DNA from: Hemiscyllium ocellatum
Taxonomy: Eukaryota
Length of the DNA stretch: 64,000 bases
Direction of reading: 5' to 3'
NCBI RefSeq assembly: GCF_020745735.1
Contig: NC_083401.1
Location: 44,017,740-44,081,739, forward strand
The position numbers were made by a program, and so were the translations under genes. Under the pieces are notes generated by a model that saw nothing but the letters and a program-made list of their open reading frames with translations, had not been told where the DNA came from and did no database searches. Shown one piece after another: positions 36,604-52,295 of the stretch. The stretch's first letter is position 1; each line of letters begins with the position of its first letter.

Positions 36604-38834
36604 AAGGGATACATGCCTATTTTCAATTGGTATATATGATTTAGATTAGTTTGCTGAAATTCCCAGCCCATAACTAACTATATTAATACATAGTCTGTGG
36701 GCACTAATCTGCTGCAGTGGGCTTTGGTGTCTTGTGAAAACTTCACATCAACTGTAACAACATTTGTTGTACTACTTACCAAAATTCTTAGAGGAAGCAT
36801 TCAGTTCAAGATGACTCCATCCTCAGAGTAGATGAACTGATAAAAATTTGGAAAGATCTGAAAAAATGTTACCAGCCTCTCCACATAATGTAGCTTTTTG
36901 TTTGCTATATTTGAGGCTGTGTTTCATTTCTGCTAATTAGTCCATCTACTTGTCAGTCGAGTGTTTGCTTCCTTTGTTGGAGTTATAACTTCAGAACAAA
37001 TCCAGCATTACTCACTTAAGTGCCAAATTTGTCTTTGATCTGAATGCAATACTCACAGATCAAGTTTCCAGACTGACGCATTTTCATTTAATATGTTGAT
37101 TGCTTCTGATAGGTCATTTCATAATGAGAAGCATACCCAGGTTTTCATGCTGATTAAAAATCCCGCTTTAATAAGTTCAACAATTTTTTTGCTAACTGTG
37201 ACATTTGCATTTTTCCCATCTCAAGTAGTGTTATTTGAACAACAGTAATCGTTGTCCTACCTTGCAATGAAGCAAGGATTATTTAAAGACTCATAATTTT
37301 TTATTCTTCCCAAGAAAATTAGTTCAAAATAAGCATTAGAAACTTATGGAAATGGACTTTATAATTAAGATTCTACTCCCAGATGAGATTGGAATTGAAG
37401 CTAATGATCAAATTCTTGGATACATTCTAGCTGACCAAGTTTAAAAAAATCAATTAATCTGGATTCCTGTTATTGAAAGAATGATTTCAGTATCTTGTAA
37501 GTTCATGAGAAGACATGATTGATTAGACTGTAATGCTTGCCAGACTTTATCTTTCTCATACATAGAAGCACACAAATGGGCTACATTTCACAGGATACCT
37601 ATGAATGAGAGAATATGTAGCTGAGCCCATATTAGTTAGGGCACCATGCCATTGGCAAAATGTCTGCTGCTGGTACACCTACCCTTGCCCCAATACATTT
37701 TTGAACATAGCTGTGGTATTGAAGGCATTGGGTGGGTGATCCATCCAGAGCAGTTGAGGCCCTTAAGTGGGCAGTTAATGCACTGCCAAGGGCCTCATCC
37801 CGTTGTTGCTCTAGTTTCTTGACCCAACATGTAGCCTTGCAGGTTTATCCTTGAGGGTTGCTTGTCCATGTATGAAGAGTGTGCTTTTTCTTTTGGCTCC
37901 CTTCGCCCCACATTTCTGCCTTCCCATATCCCCCACACATGACTCAGTTGGCAGCATTTTGGATACTTTAATAAGCTTCTACATCAACTCGATTTACTCA
38001 GATACTATACTTGTGAGATGAATGAAAGGGTCAGATTCAGCTTGCCAAACATTATCTGCTCTTTCACAATAAAACTCCTGATTCTTACATCGATTACTCT
38101 ACTAATCACAACATTTAATCTTTGTCAAAATCCTTATCTAACCTACCGCTGTCTACCAGACAAGGAACAGGTAGGACCCGTGCTGTTAAACCTGACCAGG
38201 CTGTGTAGTTGGCTCTCGTGAACTTAGCAAAGGTTGGTCTCATACATGGTCATCTTCTTTCTTTCCAGATGTTCAGAACTCTGCTTCTGGGACAGATTGC
38301 ATCCTCACTCAGGGAATGGGTGCCAGGTGTCTCTTCTTATCCGTTTCTGCTGCACCTTTTCAGAATGTTTTCTGACCCTCGGCAAATTGATCTTCTGGGT
38401 CAAGCTCATGGCATCCAATGGACTTACCATACTCCAATACAAAAACTAGCCTTGTTTTCCAGGGCAAATCTGGGCATGTCCTTAGCTGCCTTTGTCTTAT
38501 GTGAATGCTTTGTGCTTCACTTGTGCTGAAAGCACTATCTGACCTGGCTGTTCAAAACATTGCCCTTTCTGGATTTGAGCCTAGCCATTCAGGCCCTGGG
38601 TTATCTGAACACACCTCTCAGTCTTGTCCTTTCCAACATGGCCACCACTCCCCACCCCACCTCTCTCCTTGCAACTGGCCTGCCAGCTCATTCCTGACAA
38701 AATCCCAGAGTTCACTTCCTCCCAGGAATCCTGCAATAACAGTGGTCACTAGTTGTGGCCTAAAGACAGTAGTGTCTGACTGACCACATAATCCACGATA
38801 CCCAACTTCCTCTTCGATATGGAGGGAAGTGCAT

Positions 38835-39130
38835 CATTCATCAATGGGATGTGAGCGTCACTAATTAGACCAGTATCCCTAATTTTCCTAGAACTGATTG
38901 GTTTGCTTGGAAATTGTGTGGCTAAGTGTCAAACAGATTGCAGTGGATCTGGCTAGACCAGGTAAGGATAAGATTCCTTACATAAAGGGCATTAGTCAGA
39001 TTATCAACTGAATTTAAACTCCAAAAGTAGCTGTGGTGGTATTTAAACACAAGTCACCAGAAGAGTAGCCTCGGCTTCTAGATTACGATTTTACTAGTTC
39101 CGTGACCATACCACTATGTTACTCTCTCTC
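38835..39130 (-). mobile_element. Deu-domain / SacSINE1-like SINE (decayed)
   Basis: Homologous to 36078-36440. Confidence 0.55.
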
Positions 39131-39239
39131 CAATTAAAGGCTCATATAAACTAAAGGGCTGTCATTGGAAAAAAATAAAGCAGATTGAGATGTGCTAGTG
39201 AAGAACAGTTTGTCCTAAATTTTTACACTGGGTGTGAGC

Positions 39240-40143
<904 letters not shown>

Positions 40144-40144
40144 T

Positions 40145-40720
40145 AACATGTTTGTAGCTGATCATTTACCTCAGTATGCTGTTCCCACTTTCTCCCTATT
40201 CCCTTCAAACCCTTTCATCTTAAGAACCATTCTAACTCCTGATTGAAAACATTCAAACTTCAATGGCAGACAATTCCACAGATTGACCACTCTCTGGATG
40301 AAGAGATTTCTCTTCAAATCATCCCTAAATAGTCTATTCGATATCCTTAATCTGTGAATTCTGACTCGAGACTCCCTGGTCATCAGGAACATATTTCATG
40401 TATTTACTTTGTCTTATCCTGTTGAAATTTAATTGGTTTCTATAAGATTCCCTCTTATTTTTCTAAAATCTGCTGAATGCAGTCTTCACTGATCCAATCT
40501 CTCTTCATACATCAGTCCTGCAATCCCAGAAACCAGTCTGGCAAACTTTTGTTGCACTCCCTCCATAACCAGAAAAATCTTCCTCAGGTAAGTGGATCAA
40601 AACTTTCACCAATTAGCCAAGTGTGGTCTCACCAAGACCCTGTACAATTGCAGCAAGACAATTCTGCTCCTGTACTCAAATTCTCTTGTTATAACAGCCG
40701 ACATATCACCTGCCTGCTTA
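40145..40720 (-). mobile_element. CR1 3' fragment
   Basis: ESRVRIHRLRI..FIQRVVNLWNCLP (40171-40392). Confidence 0.85.
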
Positions 40721-41734
40721 ACCACCAAACTAGTATGGAACAGCCACTATTTTCGAAAAAACAAAGCTGTGTTGGAAAGATATCTTTTATGTCCAAAAGA
40801 GGAACTAGAATGTCCATTTTTAACAAAGCCACTATTTCACTTCTTAGGTCAGTCGAACAGCAACAGGTAAATGCTTCAAAGTAGCTCAACATTTGCAGCT
40901 ATTCCTTTGGTAGGCATGGGCAATGTAGCGTATGACATTGGAGACGATAAGCCTAGGTTACTTGTATCTTGTTTCTGGACCCTTGAGGCTTAGGTATTTT
41001 CTGCTCAGAGATGTTACTGGACATATTTGAAGCAGGTGGGACTTAAGCTGGACCTCCTGATCCAGAGGCAGCAATGCCACTCCTGTGCTACAAGAGACCC
41101 CCTAAGGCCCTGTTTAATTCAAGACAATCAACGAATCTTCAAATGAAACAAATTAATTAAAATATTGATAAGTTGCAAACACATTGCTCTTTGACACAGA
41201 AACATTTATAGTGTTAACCAATACCTGTGGGTAAACTATAATTTAGCAAAGTAGGGTCTCTTTCATTAACATTAAAATTGGGAAATGATTCAAAGGCAGA
41301 TGAGGAGAGTAGTAAGCTTCACCTTCCAGTTCCATGGTATAAACATCCCCTACTTAAAGTATTGCCAGGGTCACAATTCTAAGCAGGCCTTTACTTCATG
41401 GCCACTCTCAAGGATGCACTCTTTTGCTTGCTTTTCTTGGTCCATTCAATTTTTGCCCTTCTACTATAATGACACTACACACTTGAGTGTGATTCTAACC
41501 ATCCTTCATAACAGTGAGTTCAAACAGGCCTTCTTTATACAAGAGCTACACAGTAAGGTTTGGCAGTGAATTTAGTTGTGAGAAAGCAGCACTACACCTT
41601 CCCACCAAGCACCAAAGGATCATTTGTTCATGATTTGCCCTCAGATTGGCTGCTTTTTTAGTCCAAGTTTGAAGATAATTATAGCATCTCTTCTGAAGTC
41701 CTCTGAGATATCATGAGTAGTGATTAAAACCAAC

Positions 41735-43500
41735 ATGAGACCATAAGACGACAACACATAGGAGTGGAAGTAAGGCCATTTGACCCAACAGGTCTACTCG
41801 CCATTTAATCATGGCTGATGGGCATTTCAACTCCAATTACCTGCATTCTCCCATATCCCTTAATTCCTTGCGAGATCAAGAATTTATCAATCTCTGCCTT
41901 GAAGACATTCAACATCCCAGCCTCCAATGTGCTCCAATGTGCAATGAATTCCACAGGCCCACCACTCTCTGGCTGAAGAAATGTCTCCTCATTTCCATTC
42001 TAAATTGGCCCCCTCTGATTCTAAGGTTGTGCCCACAAGTCCTAGTCTCCCCACCTAATGGAAACAACTTCCCAGCGTCACTCTTTCTAAGAAATGCATT
42101 ATCTTGTAAGTTTCTATTAGATCTCCCCTCAACCTTCTAAGTTCTAATTAATACAATCCTAGGATTCTCAGCTGTTCATCGTATGTTAGGCTTACATTCC
42201 AGAGATTATCCATGTGAATCTCTGCTGGCCATGTTCCAGTGCTGATATGTCCTTCCTGAGGTGTGGGGCCCAAAATTAGACACAGTATTCTACATGGAGC
42301 CAAACTAGAGCTTTATAAAGTCTCAGAAGCACATCACTGCTTTTATATTCCAACCCTCTTAAGATAAATGACAACATTACATTCACTTTCTTAATCATGG
42401 ACTCAACCTGCAAATTACCTTTAGAGAATCCTGGACTAACACTCCCAAATCCCTTTGTACTTCGACTTTATGAATTTTCTCATCATTTAGAAAATAGTCT
42501 ATGCCTATAATTCTTTTTTCCAAAGTGCAAGACTTTGCATTTGCTCACATTGAATCTCATCAGCCATTTCCTGGACCACTCTTCTAAACAGTCTAAATCT
42601 TTCTGCAGACTCCCCACCTCTTCAGTACTACCTACCTGTCCACCTAACTTTGTATCATCGGCAAACTGTCAGAATGTCCTCAGTCCCTTCATCCAGATCA
42701 GTAATATATAAAGTGAATAGCTACAGCCCCAAAACTTAACCCTGCAGGACATCACTTGTCACCAGCTGCCATTCCTCTTATCCCACTCTCTGCCTCTGTC
42801 AGACAGCCAATCCTCAATCCAAATCATTAGCTCACCTCGAACACCAGGGGCCCTCACCTTACTCAGCAGCCTCCCGTGAGGCACCTTATCAAAAGCCTTT
42901 TAGAACTCTAGGTAGATAACATCTACTGGGTTTCCCTGGTCTAACCTACTTGTTACCTCTGCAAAGAATTCTAACAGGTTTGTCAGACACAATCTTCCCT
43001 TACTAAATCCTTGCTGACTTGTTCTAATTTGACCCTGCATTTCCAAGAATTTAGAAATTTCATCCTTAATGATGGATTTTAGAATTTTACCAGCAATGGA
43101 GGTTAGGCTAATCGGCCTATAATTTTCCATCTTTCGTCTTGATCCTATCTTGAACAAGGGGATTGCACCAGTAATTTTCTAATCATCTGGGACTTTCCTT
43201 GACTCCAATGATTTTTGAAAGATCCATAGTCAGCACCTCCGCTTTTTCCTCAGCTACGTCCCTCAGAACTCTAGGGTGTAGTCCATCAGGGCCAGGAGTT
43301 TTATCAATTTTTAAACCTTTTAGCTTTTCTAGCACTTTCTCTTTTGTAATGACTACCGTACTTAATTCTGCCCCCAGATTCTCCTTAATTGTTGAGCTAT
43401 TACTCATGTCTTCCACTGTGAAGACTGACACTTATTAAGTTCTTCAGCTATTTCCTTATCATCCAGCACTAGCCTTCCAGCATCAATTTGGAGTGGCCCA
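41735..43500 (-). mobile_element. CR1 LINE, RT through 3' end
   Basis: KTPGPDGLHPRVLRDVAEE; ENYRPISLTSIAGKILKSIIK..CLTNLLEFF..VDVIYLEF. Confidence 0.92.
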
Positions 43501-44090
43501 AAGATCCTGATGGGAATTGTGTATAGCCCCCCTAGCAGTAATCAGGATGTATGGAAAAAGACCGGGAGATAGAAAAGCCATGCAAGAAATACACCATTAC
43601 AATAATCATGAGGGACTTCAGTATAGAGGTGCATTGGGAAATCAAGTTGCTGGCAGATCATAAGAAAAGGAATTTGTGGAATGGACAAGAAGTAACAGAT
43701 GGAAGATAATGTGGGAATGTGTTACTTTGCTTGGAAAAGGTGTAAACCATTATATAAATGGGGAAAGGCTTTGGAAATCTGAAGCACAAACAGACTTGGG
43801 AGTCATTGTTTAGGGTCTCCTTCAGATCAACATGCAGGTTCAGTTGGCAGTGAGAAGGCAAATGCAATGTTAGCATTCATTTTGAGAGGACCAGAATTCA
43901 AGAACAGGGATTTACTGATGAGGCTGTATAAGGCTCTGACTGCATTCAGAATAATGTGAACAGTTTTGGGCTCCATATCCAAGGTAAGATACGCTTGGAG
44001 AGACTTACAAGAATGATCCTGGGATGAAGGGCTTGTCATATGAGGAGCAGTTGGGAACTCTAGCTCTGTACTCAAAGGAGTTTAATAGCA
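43501..44090 (+). mobile_element. Rearranged CR1 fragments
   Basis: APE-like GIVYSPPSSNQD; DLGVIV..LMRLYKAL. Confidence 0.7.
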
Positions 44091-44432
44091 GATGATGGGT
44101 GAGTTGATGAGTAGGCCTTGAACAGGAAATGGAGGTGGTAAGAGGTCATCGATGGCGGTGGTATCAGTACCTGGTTGGTAAGGCCAGAGTGGAGACTCTT
44201 ATGGGTGAGACAGCAGTGGCATGAGAAGCCAGAATCTCTGGGACATCCCAGAGTGGGGACCCGTTGAGGCCAAATTTGTAGAAACATTGCAGAAGCCCTG
44301 GAGCCACGTTTGGGACTTCAGTCAATGAAGATGAATGCTATTTAACTTAAAATGGTGCTGCACTGTGGCAACAAATCACTTCTCATTGTATCTCTCGCGA
44401 TACATGTGACCATAAATCATTCTTTCATTTGT
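44091..44432 (+). mobile_element. Element with a Rex1-type 3' tail
   Basis: CATTGTATCTC..GATACATGTGACCATAAATCATTC end. Confidence 0.45.
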
Positions 44433-46336
44433 TCATCTGGGTGGAGGGTCATAAGTCATAGAGATATACTGTACAGAAACAGAGCCTGCAATCCAACTCG
44501 TCCATGTCCGCGAGATATCCCAACTCAATCTAGTCCCACCTGCCAGCACCCTGCCCATATCCCTCCAAATGCTTCCTGTTCACATACCCATCAAATGCCT
44601 TTTAAATGTTGCAATTGTACCAGCCTCCACCACTTCCTCTGGCAGCCATTCCACATGCGCACCACCCTCTGCATGAAAAAGTTGCCCCTTAGGTCTCTTT
44701 TATAACATTTCCTCTCACCCTCAACATATGCCCTCAAGTCCTGAACTGCCCCACCGCAGGGAAAAGGCCTTGTCTATTTATCCTATCCATGCCCCTCATG
44801 ACTTTATAAACCTCTATAATGTCACCCTCAGTCTCCGATGCTCCAGAGAAAACAGCCCCAGCTTATTCAGCCTCTTCCTATAGCTCAAACCCCCCAACCC
44901 TGGCAACATTCTTGTAAATCTTTTCTGAATCCTTTCAAGTTTCACAATATCCTTCTAATAGGAATGAGACCAGAATTACATGCAAAATTCCAAAAGCGGC
45001 CTAACCAATGTTCTGTCCAACCACAACATGACCTCCCAACTCCTGTACTCTGACCAATAAAAGAAAGCATACCAAATGCCTTATTCACTATCCTATCTAC
45101 CTGCGACTCTACTTTCAAGGAACAATGAACCTGCACTCTCTTTATTCAGCAACACTTCCTAAGACCTGACCATTAAATGTATAAGTCCTGCTAAGATTTG
45201 CTTTCCCAAAATGCAACATCTCGTATTTATCTAAATTAAACTCCATCTGCCACTCCTCAGCCCATTGGCCCATTTGATGTCATCAATTTTGGTGTCATCT
45301 GCAAACTTACTATACTTCATAAGCTCACATCCAAATCATTTATGTAAATGACAAAAAGTAGAGGATCCAGCTCCGATCATTGTGGCACTCCACTGGTCAC
45401 AGGCCTCCAGTATAAATAAAATCCTCCACCACCACTCTCTGTCTTCTACCTTTGAGCTAGTTCTGTAACCAAATGGTTAGTCTTCCCTGTATTCCATGAG
45501 ATCTTACTTTGGTAACCAGTCTCCCATGAGGAACCTTGTTAAACGCCTTACTGAAGTCCGTATAGATCACATCTGCAGCTTTTCCCTCATCAATCCTCTT
45601 TGTTACATCTTCCAAAAACTCAATCAAGTTTGTGAGACATGATTTCCCACGCGCAAAGCCATGTTGACTATCCCTAATCAGTCCTTGCCTTTCCAAATAC
45701 ATGTACATCCTGTCACTCAGGATTCCTCCAACAACTTGTCTACCACTGACATCTGGCTCACTGGTCTATAGTTCTCTGGTTTGTCCTTACCACCTTTCTT
45801 TAGTGGTGGCACCACTTTAGCCAACCTCCAGTCCCCTGGCACCTCACCTATAACTATCGATGATACAAATATCTCAGGAAGAGGCACAGCAATCACTTCT
45901 CTAGCTTCCCACAGAGTTCTAGAGTACATCTGATCAGGTCCTGGGGATCTATCCACTTTTTTATGCATTTCAAGATATTCAGCGCTCCCTCCTCTGTAAT
46001 TTGGACATTTTTCAAGATGTCACCATCTATTTCCCTATATTCTATATCTTCCATGTCCTTTTCCACAATACACACTAATGCAAAATACTCATTTAGTATT
46101 CCCCCATTTTCTGTGGTTCCACACAAAGGCTGCCTTGCTGATCTTTGAGGGGCCCTATTCTCTCCCTAGTTACCCTTTTGTTCTTAATCTATTTGTAAAA
46201 ATCCTTTGTATTCTCATTAACTCTATTTGTCAAAGCTATCTCATGTCCCCTTTTCACCCTCCTGATTTCTCTCTTAATTATACTCCTACGACCTTTATAC
46301 TTGACTGAGAATTCACTCGATCTATCCTATCCTGTC

Positions 46337-48946
46337 CAACATGAACTGTGGGACTGCTGTGCACTCTGCTTCACAGAAACCTGGCTCAATCCATCCATTC
46401 CCGACTACTTCAGGTTGATGGTTTTTCTATCCATCGTATGGACCATACCGCGTCTTTGGGTAAGACAAAGGATGGAGGGGTTTCCTTTTAATCAATAACT
46501 TGTGATACATGGATATTGCAACCCTGGGCAGCCATTGCTCCCCAAACCTTGAATTCCTCACCATCAAATGCTGCCCCTTCTATCCACCATGGGAATGTAC
46601 CGCTGCTATACTAACTGCTGTGTACATACCGCCATAGGAAGCTCTGGATGTGCTATACTCCACCATGAACATCCTGGAAACGCAACATCCCAAGGCCCTG
46701 TTTATTGTAATTGGCAACTCAATCAAGCCAATCTAATGAAGGTGTTGCCCAAGTGCCACCAGAACATTACCTGCCCCACCAGGTGTCCAAACATTTTAGA
46801 CCAATGCTACACCACTGTGGAAGATGCCTACAGCTCCATCCCCCGCCCTCATTTCGGGAACTCCGACCACAATGCCGTGTTTCTTCTCCTGGTTTAAAGG
46901 CAAAAGCTCAAGCAGGAGACCCCCTCGTGGATACAGGTCCAGTGCTGTTCGGAGAAGGCAGAGGATCAACCCCGGTGCTGTCTGGAATCGGCTGATTGGG
47001 CCGTGTTCAAACATTCCGCAGGTACCTTGGACGAGTACACCATCACTGTCACAGACTTTAACAGCAAGTGTGTGGAGGACTGCATACCGGGGAAGCCAAT
47101 CTGGATGTTCCCCAAAAGAAAACCCTGGATGAATCAGCACATGCAGAACCTGCTAAAAATCAGGGGACGCACTCAAATATAAAGCATCCAGGTATGATCT
47201 TTGCAGAGCCAAGGACCAATACTGATCCAAACTAGAGATCCAGACAGGCACCCGACGATTATGACAAGGACTGAGTGACCTCACAGATTCTAAAACGAGA
47301 CAGTGCAAGACAGCAGACGATGACACATCTCTCACAGATCGTCTCAACGCCTTTTGTGCTCATTTTGAGCAGAATTTCGGTGGAGAGGTAGCACCTATTC
47401 CAACATGTCCTAATGAACCCATCCCAACAGTCACTGCATCAGAGGTCAGATCAGTTTCCCTTCGTGTGAATCCAAGGAAAGTGATGGGACCAGATGGAGT
47501 ACCAGGCCGTGCTCTCAGAGCATGCACAGATCAATTGGCAGAGGCCTTCTCGGACATCTTCAACCTCTCCCTGCAGCAGGTCACTGTCCCTGTCTGTTTC
47601 AAGAGGACCAACATCATCCCTGTGCCTAAGAAGGCTCATGCAGCATGTCTCAATGACTACCACCCACTGTCCCTAACTTCAGTGGTCACATGCTTTGAAA
47701 GGCTGGTCATGACATTAGTCAACCCCAGCCTCCCCACTACTCTTGACCCACTCCAATTTGCCTATCGGACCAACAGATCCACGTCAGATTCCATATCACT
47801 TGTCTTTCACACCAAGGACAGCTACGTAAGAATCCTACTCATTGACTACAGTTCAGCCTTCAACACTATTATCTCCTTGAGACTGATTACTGAACTTCAT
47901 GATCTTGGACTAAGCCCCACTCTCTGCAACTGGATCCTCAATTTCCTGACCCACAGGCCACAATCAGTGAAGGTTGGGGACAATATTTCATCCTCACTAA
48001 CATTCAACACTGGACCCCCCCCCCCACCCCAAGGGTACATACTCAGCCGCCTACTATACTCACTGTATACCCATGATTGAGTCACCAACTACCAGACTAA
48101 TACCATTTACAAGTTCACTGATGGCACAACCATAGTCGGTCGAATCTCAGATGGTGATGAAACAGGCTACAGACGGGAGGTGGAAGACCTAGAGAAATGG
48201 TGCACTGAGAACAACCTAGCTCTCAATGTCGGCAAAACCAATGAACTCATTATCGACTTTTGGCGGGATGTTATTCATGCCCCCCCACCCCGACACATTC
48301 ACAGCACAGAGGTGAAACAAGTGGAGAGTGTCAAGCTCCTGGGAGTGGTCGTCAATAATAAGCTTTCTTGGACTCTTCATATGAACGCACTGGTTAGAAA
48401 GGCCCAACAACATCTCTTCTTCCTCAGGCAGCTGATGAAATTTGGCATGACCCTTGACAACTGTTATAGGTGCATCATCAAGAGCATTCTGTCTAGATCT
48501 ATCACTACCTGGTATGGCAATTGTACCATTCAAGATCAGAGATGGTTACCGAGTGGTGAACTCGGTCTGGACAATCACAAAGGCCAACCTCCCATCTATA
48601 GAATCCATCTACCAGGCCCGCTGTCAAGGAAAGGCCGCCAGCATTCTCAAAGATCCATCCCACCCTGGCAATGCTTTTCTACAATCTGGGGAGAAGGTAC
48701 AGAAGCCTGAACACATGCACCTGCTGGTTTTGAAACAGTTTCCACTACTGCTGTTAGAATACTAAATGGACTCACAAACTCTTAGCATTTGCCTATACCT
48801 GTGTTTTGGTTTTTGCTGATGTTTACCTATTACTTACTTATCTATGCTACTTAACTCTGTGATCTGCCTTTATTGCCGCAAGACAAAGCTTTTCACGGTG
48901 CCTCGGTACACGTGACAATAAATTCAATTTAATTCAACTTAATTCA
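46337..48946 (+). mobile_element. Rex1/Babar LINE (5'-truncated, decayed), nested in CR1
   Basis: DCCALCFTETWL; PHFGNSDHNAVFL; GPDGVPGRAL..CLNDYHPLSLTS..LDPLQFAYR..ILLIDYSSAFNTI; 3' CACGTGACAATAAA followed by (AATTC)n. Confidence 0.95.
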
Positions 48947-50361
48947 GTACCTGACATATGCTTCATTCTTTTTCTAAACCAAACCCTAAATTTCTTTAGT
49001 CACTCAGTACTGCCTATATCTACCAGCCTTTCCTTTCACCCTAACAGGAATATACTGTCTCTGGACTCTCATTATCTCATTTTCCTGCTGCTCCTTTACC
49101 TGCGAACATCTGCCTCCAATCAGCTTTCGAAAGTTCTTACCTAAAGCCATCAAAATTAGCCTTCCTCCAATTTAGAACTTCAACTTTTAGATCTAGTCTA
49201 CCCTTTTCCATCACTATATTAAAACTAATAGAATTATGGTCGCTGGCCCCAAAGTGCTCCCCCACTGACACTTCAGTCACCTGTCCTGCCTTATTTCCCA
49301 AGAGTAGGGCAGGTTTTGCACCTTCTCTCGTTGGTACATCCACATACTGAATCAGAAAATTTTGTTGTACACACTTAACAAATTCCTCTCCATCTAAATT
49401 CTTAACACTATGGCAGTCCCAGTCTATGTTTGGAAAGTTAAAATCCCCTACCACAACCACCCTATTATTCTTGCACATAACTGAGATCTCCTGACAAGTT
49501 TGTTTCTCAATTTCCTGCTGACTATTGGGGGGTCTATAATACAATCCCAATAAGGTGATTATCCCTTTCTTATTTCTCAGTTCCACCCAAATAACTTCCC
49601 TGGATGTATTTTCAGGAATATCCTCCCTCAGTATAACTGTAATGCTATCCCTTATCAAAAATGCCACTCCCCTCCTCTCTTGCCTCCCTTTCTGTCCTTC
49701 CTGTAGCATTTGTATCCTGGAATTTTAAGCTGCCAGTCCTGCCCATCTCTGAGCCAAGTTTCTGTAATTGCTCTGATATTCCAGTCCCATGTTCCTAACC
49801 AGTCCTGAGTTCATCTGCCTTCCCTGTTAGGCCTCATGCATTGAAATAAATGCAGTTCTCTGCTTTGTCCCTGCCTGCCCTGTCGGTTTGACTCACCTTT
49901 GTTCTCAACTGTACCAGTCTCAAATTGATCTCTTTCCTCACTATCTCCCTGGGTCCCACTCCCAACCCCCCACCTTACTAGTTCAAATCCTCCCGAGCAG
50001 CTCTTGCAAATCTCCCTGCCAGAACATTTAGTCCCCTTTCAATTTAGGTGCAATCCGTCTTTCTTGTACAGGTCACTTCTATCCCAGAAAAGATTCCAAT
50101 GATTCAAAAATATGAATCCTTCTCCCATACACCAACTCCTCAGCAATTCATCTGCTCCATCCTCCTACTCCTGCCCTCAATAACTCACAGCACTAGGAGT
50201 AGTCCAGATATTACTACCCTTGAGGACCTCCTTTTTAAATTCCTACCTAACTCTCTAAACTCTCCCTTCAGAATCTCAACCTTTTCCCTTCCTATGACGT
50301 TGGTTCCAATGTATACAATGACCCCCTGCTAGGTCCTCTCCCCTTTGAGAACATTCTGCAC

Positions 50362-50492
50362 TACCACCTGATGAAGGAGCGGCGCTCGGAAAGCTAGTGT
50401 GCTTCCAATCAAACCTGTTGGACTATAACCTGGTGTTGTGTGATTTTTAACTATGTACTTCCCAGTCCAACTCCGGCATCTCCAAATCATGA
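50362..50492 (+). mobile_element. PLE-terminus mini-element, family C, inserted in CR1 ORF1
   Basis: AAACCTGTTGGACTATAACCTGGTGTTGTGTGATTTTT; short GCAC duplication at the flanks. Confidence 0.85.
50365..50399 (+). ncRNA. Minimal type I hammerhead ribozyme motif
   Basis: CAC-CUGAUGA-A-GGAGC-GGC-GCUCG-GAAAG-CUA-GUG; stem I CAC/GUG, palindromic AGCU stem III, one mismatch at the base of stem II. Confidence 0.75.
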
Positions 50493-52295
50493 CGCACCCT
50501 CTCTGAGACATCCTTGATCCTGGCGCAAGGGAGGCAACACACCATTCTGATTTTTCACTGCTGGCCACAAAAACATCTGTCTTTGCCTCGGACTAGAGAG
50601 TCCCCTATCACAATCGATCTCTTGGAACCTGATATACCCTTCATTGCGTTAGAGCCAGTCTCAATACCAGAAACTTGGCTGTTCGTGTTACAGTCCCCTG
50701 AGAATCCATCACCCCCTACATGGTTCTGGGTGGCAATTCTTTCAACATAAAGTCATCAAATCTATTTTGTGGGAGGTTAAATTTCTAGGTAGTTGTGCTA
50801 TCTTTCTAACACAGTTATGTAGAACCTTGGTTGCAATTTTAACTAGTGAATAAATGTAACATTTTTCAAAAGAAAAGGAAACAGCCAGGCTGTGAACAGA
50901 AGAGAGAGAAAGGAAACACAAGAGAGTGAAATGAGGAAAAAGAAGTTATGAGAACAAGAGGAAGACAGAGGAAAGGAAGATGATACATTTACTCAAAAGA
51001 AACTTGAACTGGGATCTCCTCATAGCCCAGGATTTGCATAGACGTTTTTGCTTGGATTTTTCTCGTGCTTGAATTGAAATTTCTATGAATTTGTTAAATA
51101 ACAAAGCCCAGTTTTATAATCTTTACATTGCAGCTCCTATGTATACTCTTGAGAGCTCTGACCTAAATCAAACTGTATTATGAAACTGTGACCTTCTGTT
51201 ACAAGTTATCATTGCTCAGCAGGTTGGTGATGAAACATGAATACAAAGTTTAATCATTTTTCTTTCAAGTTTTCCACTATTTGCCTGGCAACCAACCCAG
51301 TCTTTGAAATATATTTTTGAATTCGATAAGACATCTTCCATTTTTCCTGTCAATCTCATTTATTGTTGTAAGTGCCCTTTTAATGAGATTGAATTTCTCA
51401 TAAATTCAAGACTTGTAAATGGTGATACGATTTCTGTACAATTAAAACTACTCATACTAAGTGCCCTAATTAGTGGAAAGAAGGTCTTGTGGCACAATGA
51501 GTAGCATTCCCCAGTCTGAGCTAGATACTCCGGGTTTGAGTACCTCTCCAGGACTTAATGGTTGCGGAAGTTGTGTCAAAAATGTAGCTAAAACTGGTTG
51601 ATTAACTACATGATGCAGATACAGTTTAGAGCCCCCTGCATCTGGGGAAAGCCAGTTACATTGGCAAAGCCTTCTGCCCTGGCTGAATTATGAACCTCAA
51701 CACTGGTGTCCTGGGACATTCTTAGTCTGTGGTGACACTAATTTGGAAGAAATGATATTGAGACTCTGGGCCTCCTTTACTTCCTCCACATTCTGAGAAA
51801 ACCTTCAAATATGATGGTTTCATGTAGGGGCTGTTCAGCAGTCACTGGTAGTTATGGCTAGTCTTGATTTTGCTGACACATTTGTACCTCCTCAATTTCT
51901 CTGCACTTTCATTACACTATAGCCACAGTGACAATATACCTGGTTGTGGCTAGATCCTTGTAATTAGGAAGAGAGTTGGACCCACTGACAACATAGGAAT
52001 GGTGATATATTTCCAAGGCAGGAAGGTGAGTGGCTTGGAGTGGAACATGCAGGTAGTGGTGTTCCTTATATCTGCTGCTCTTGTACTTCTGAATAGCAAA
52101 GGCTATTGATTTGGAAAGTGCTGTCTAATGTCTAATGCTTCAAGACCTGGGCAGTATCTAAGTTTGAGAGTGAGGTGCTGGAATTAGTGAATTTCTGCAT
52201 TGTATCTTGTAGATATTACACACTGCTGCTACTGAGCATAATGGTGGAAGGAGTGGAGGCTTGTGGATGTGGTGCTAGCGCTTCTTGAATGTTGT

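Larger units (their letters stand above)
44450..50720 (-). mobile_element. Near full-length CR1 (HER1-like) LINE: ORF1 esterase, APE, RT and 3'UTR, with nested insertions
   Basis: Esterase DLYKKDGLHLNW (about 50040-50330); APE ORF 49137-49709 (GGVAFLIR, YYRPPNS, VVGDFNFPNIDW, SDHN); RT SPGPDQ, NYRPVS, QHGF..CLTNLIEF, DFSKAF. Confidence 0.95.

Noticed and set aside
36770-37560. Possible decayed minus-strand CDS with a GTAAGT donor near 36779
   Set aside because: Stop density is near random and no homology is recognised
38020-38800. Possible Tx1/L1 zinc-finger relic and overlapping ORFs
   Set aside because: Similarity is too fragmentary to call by eye
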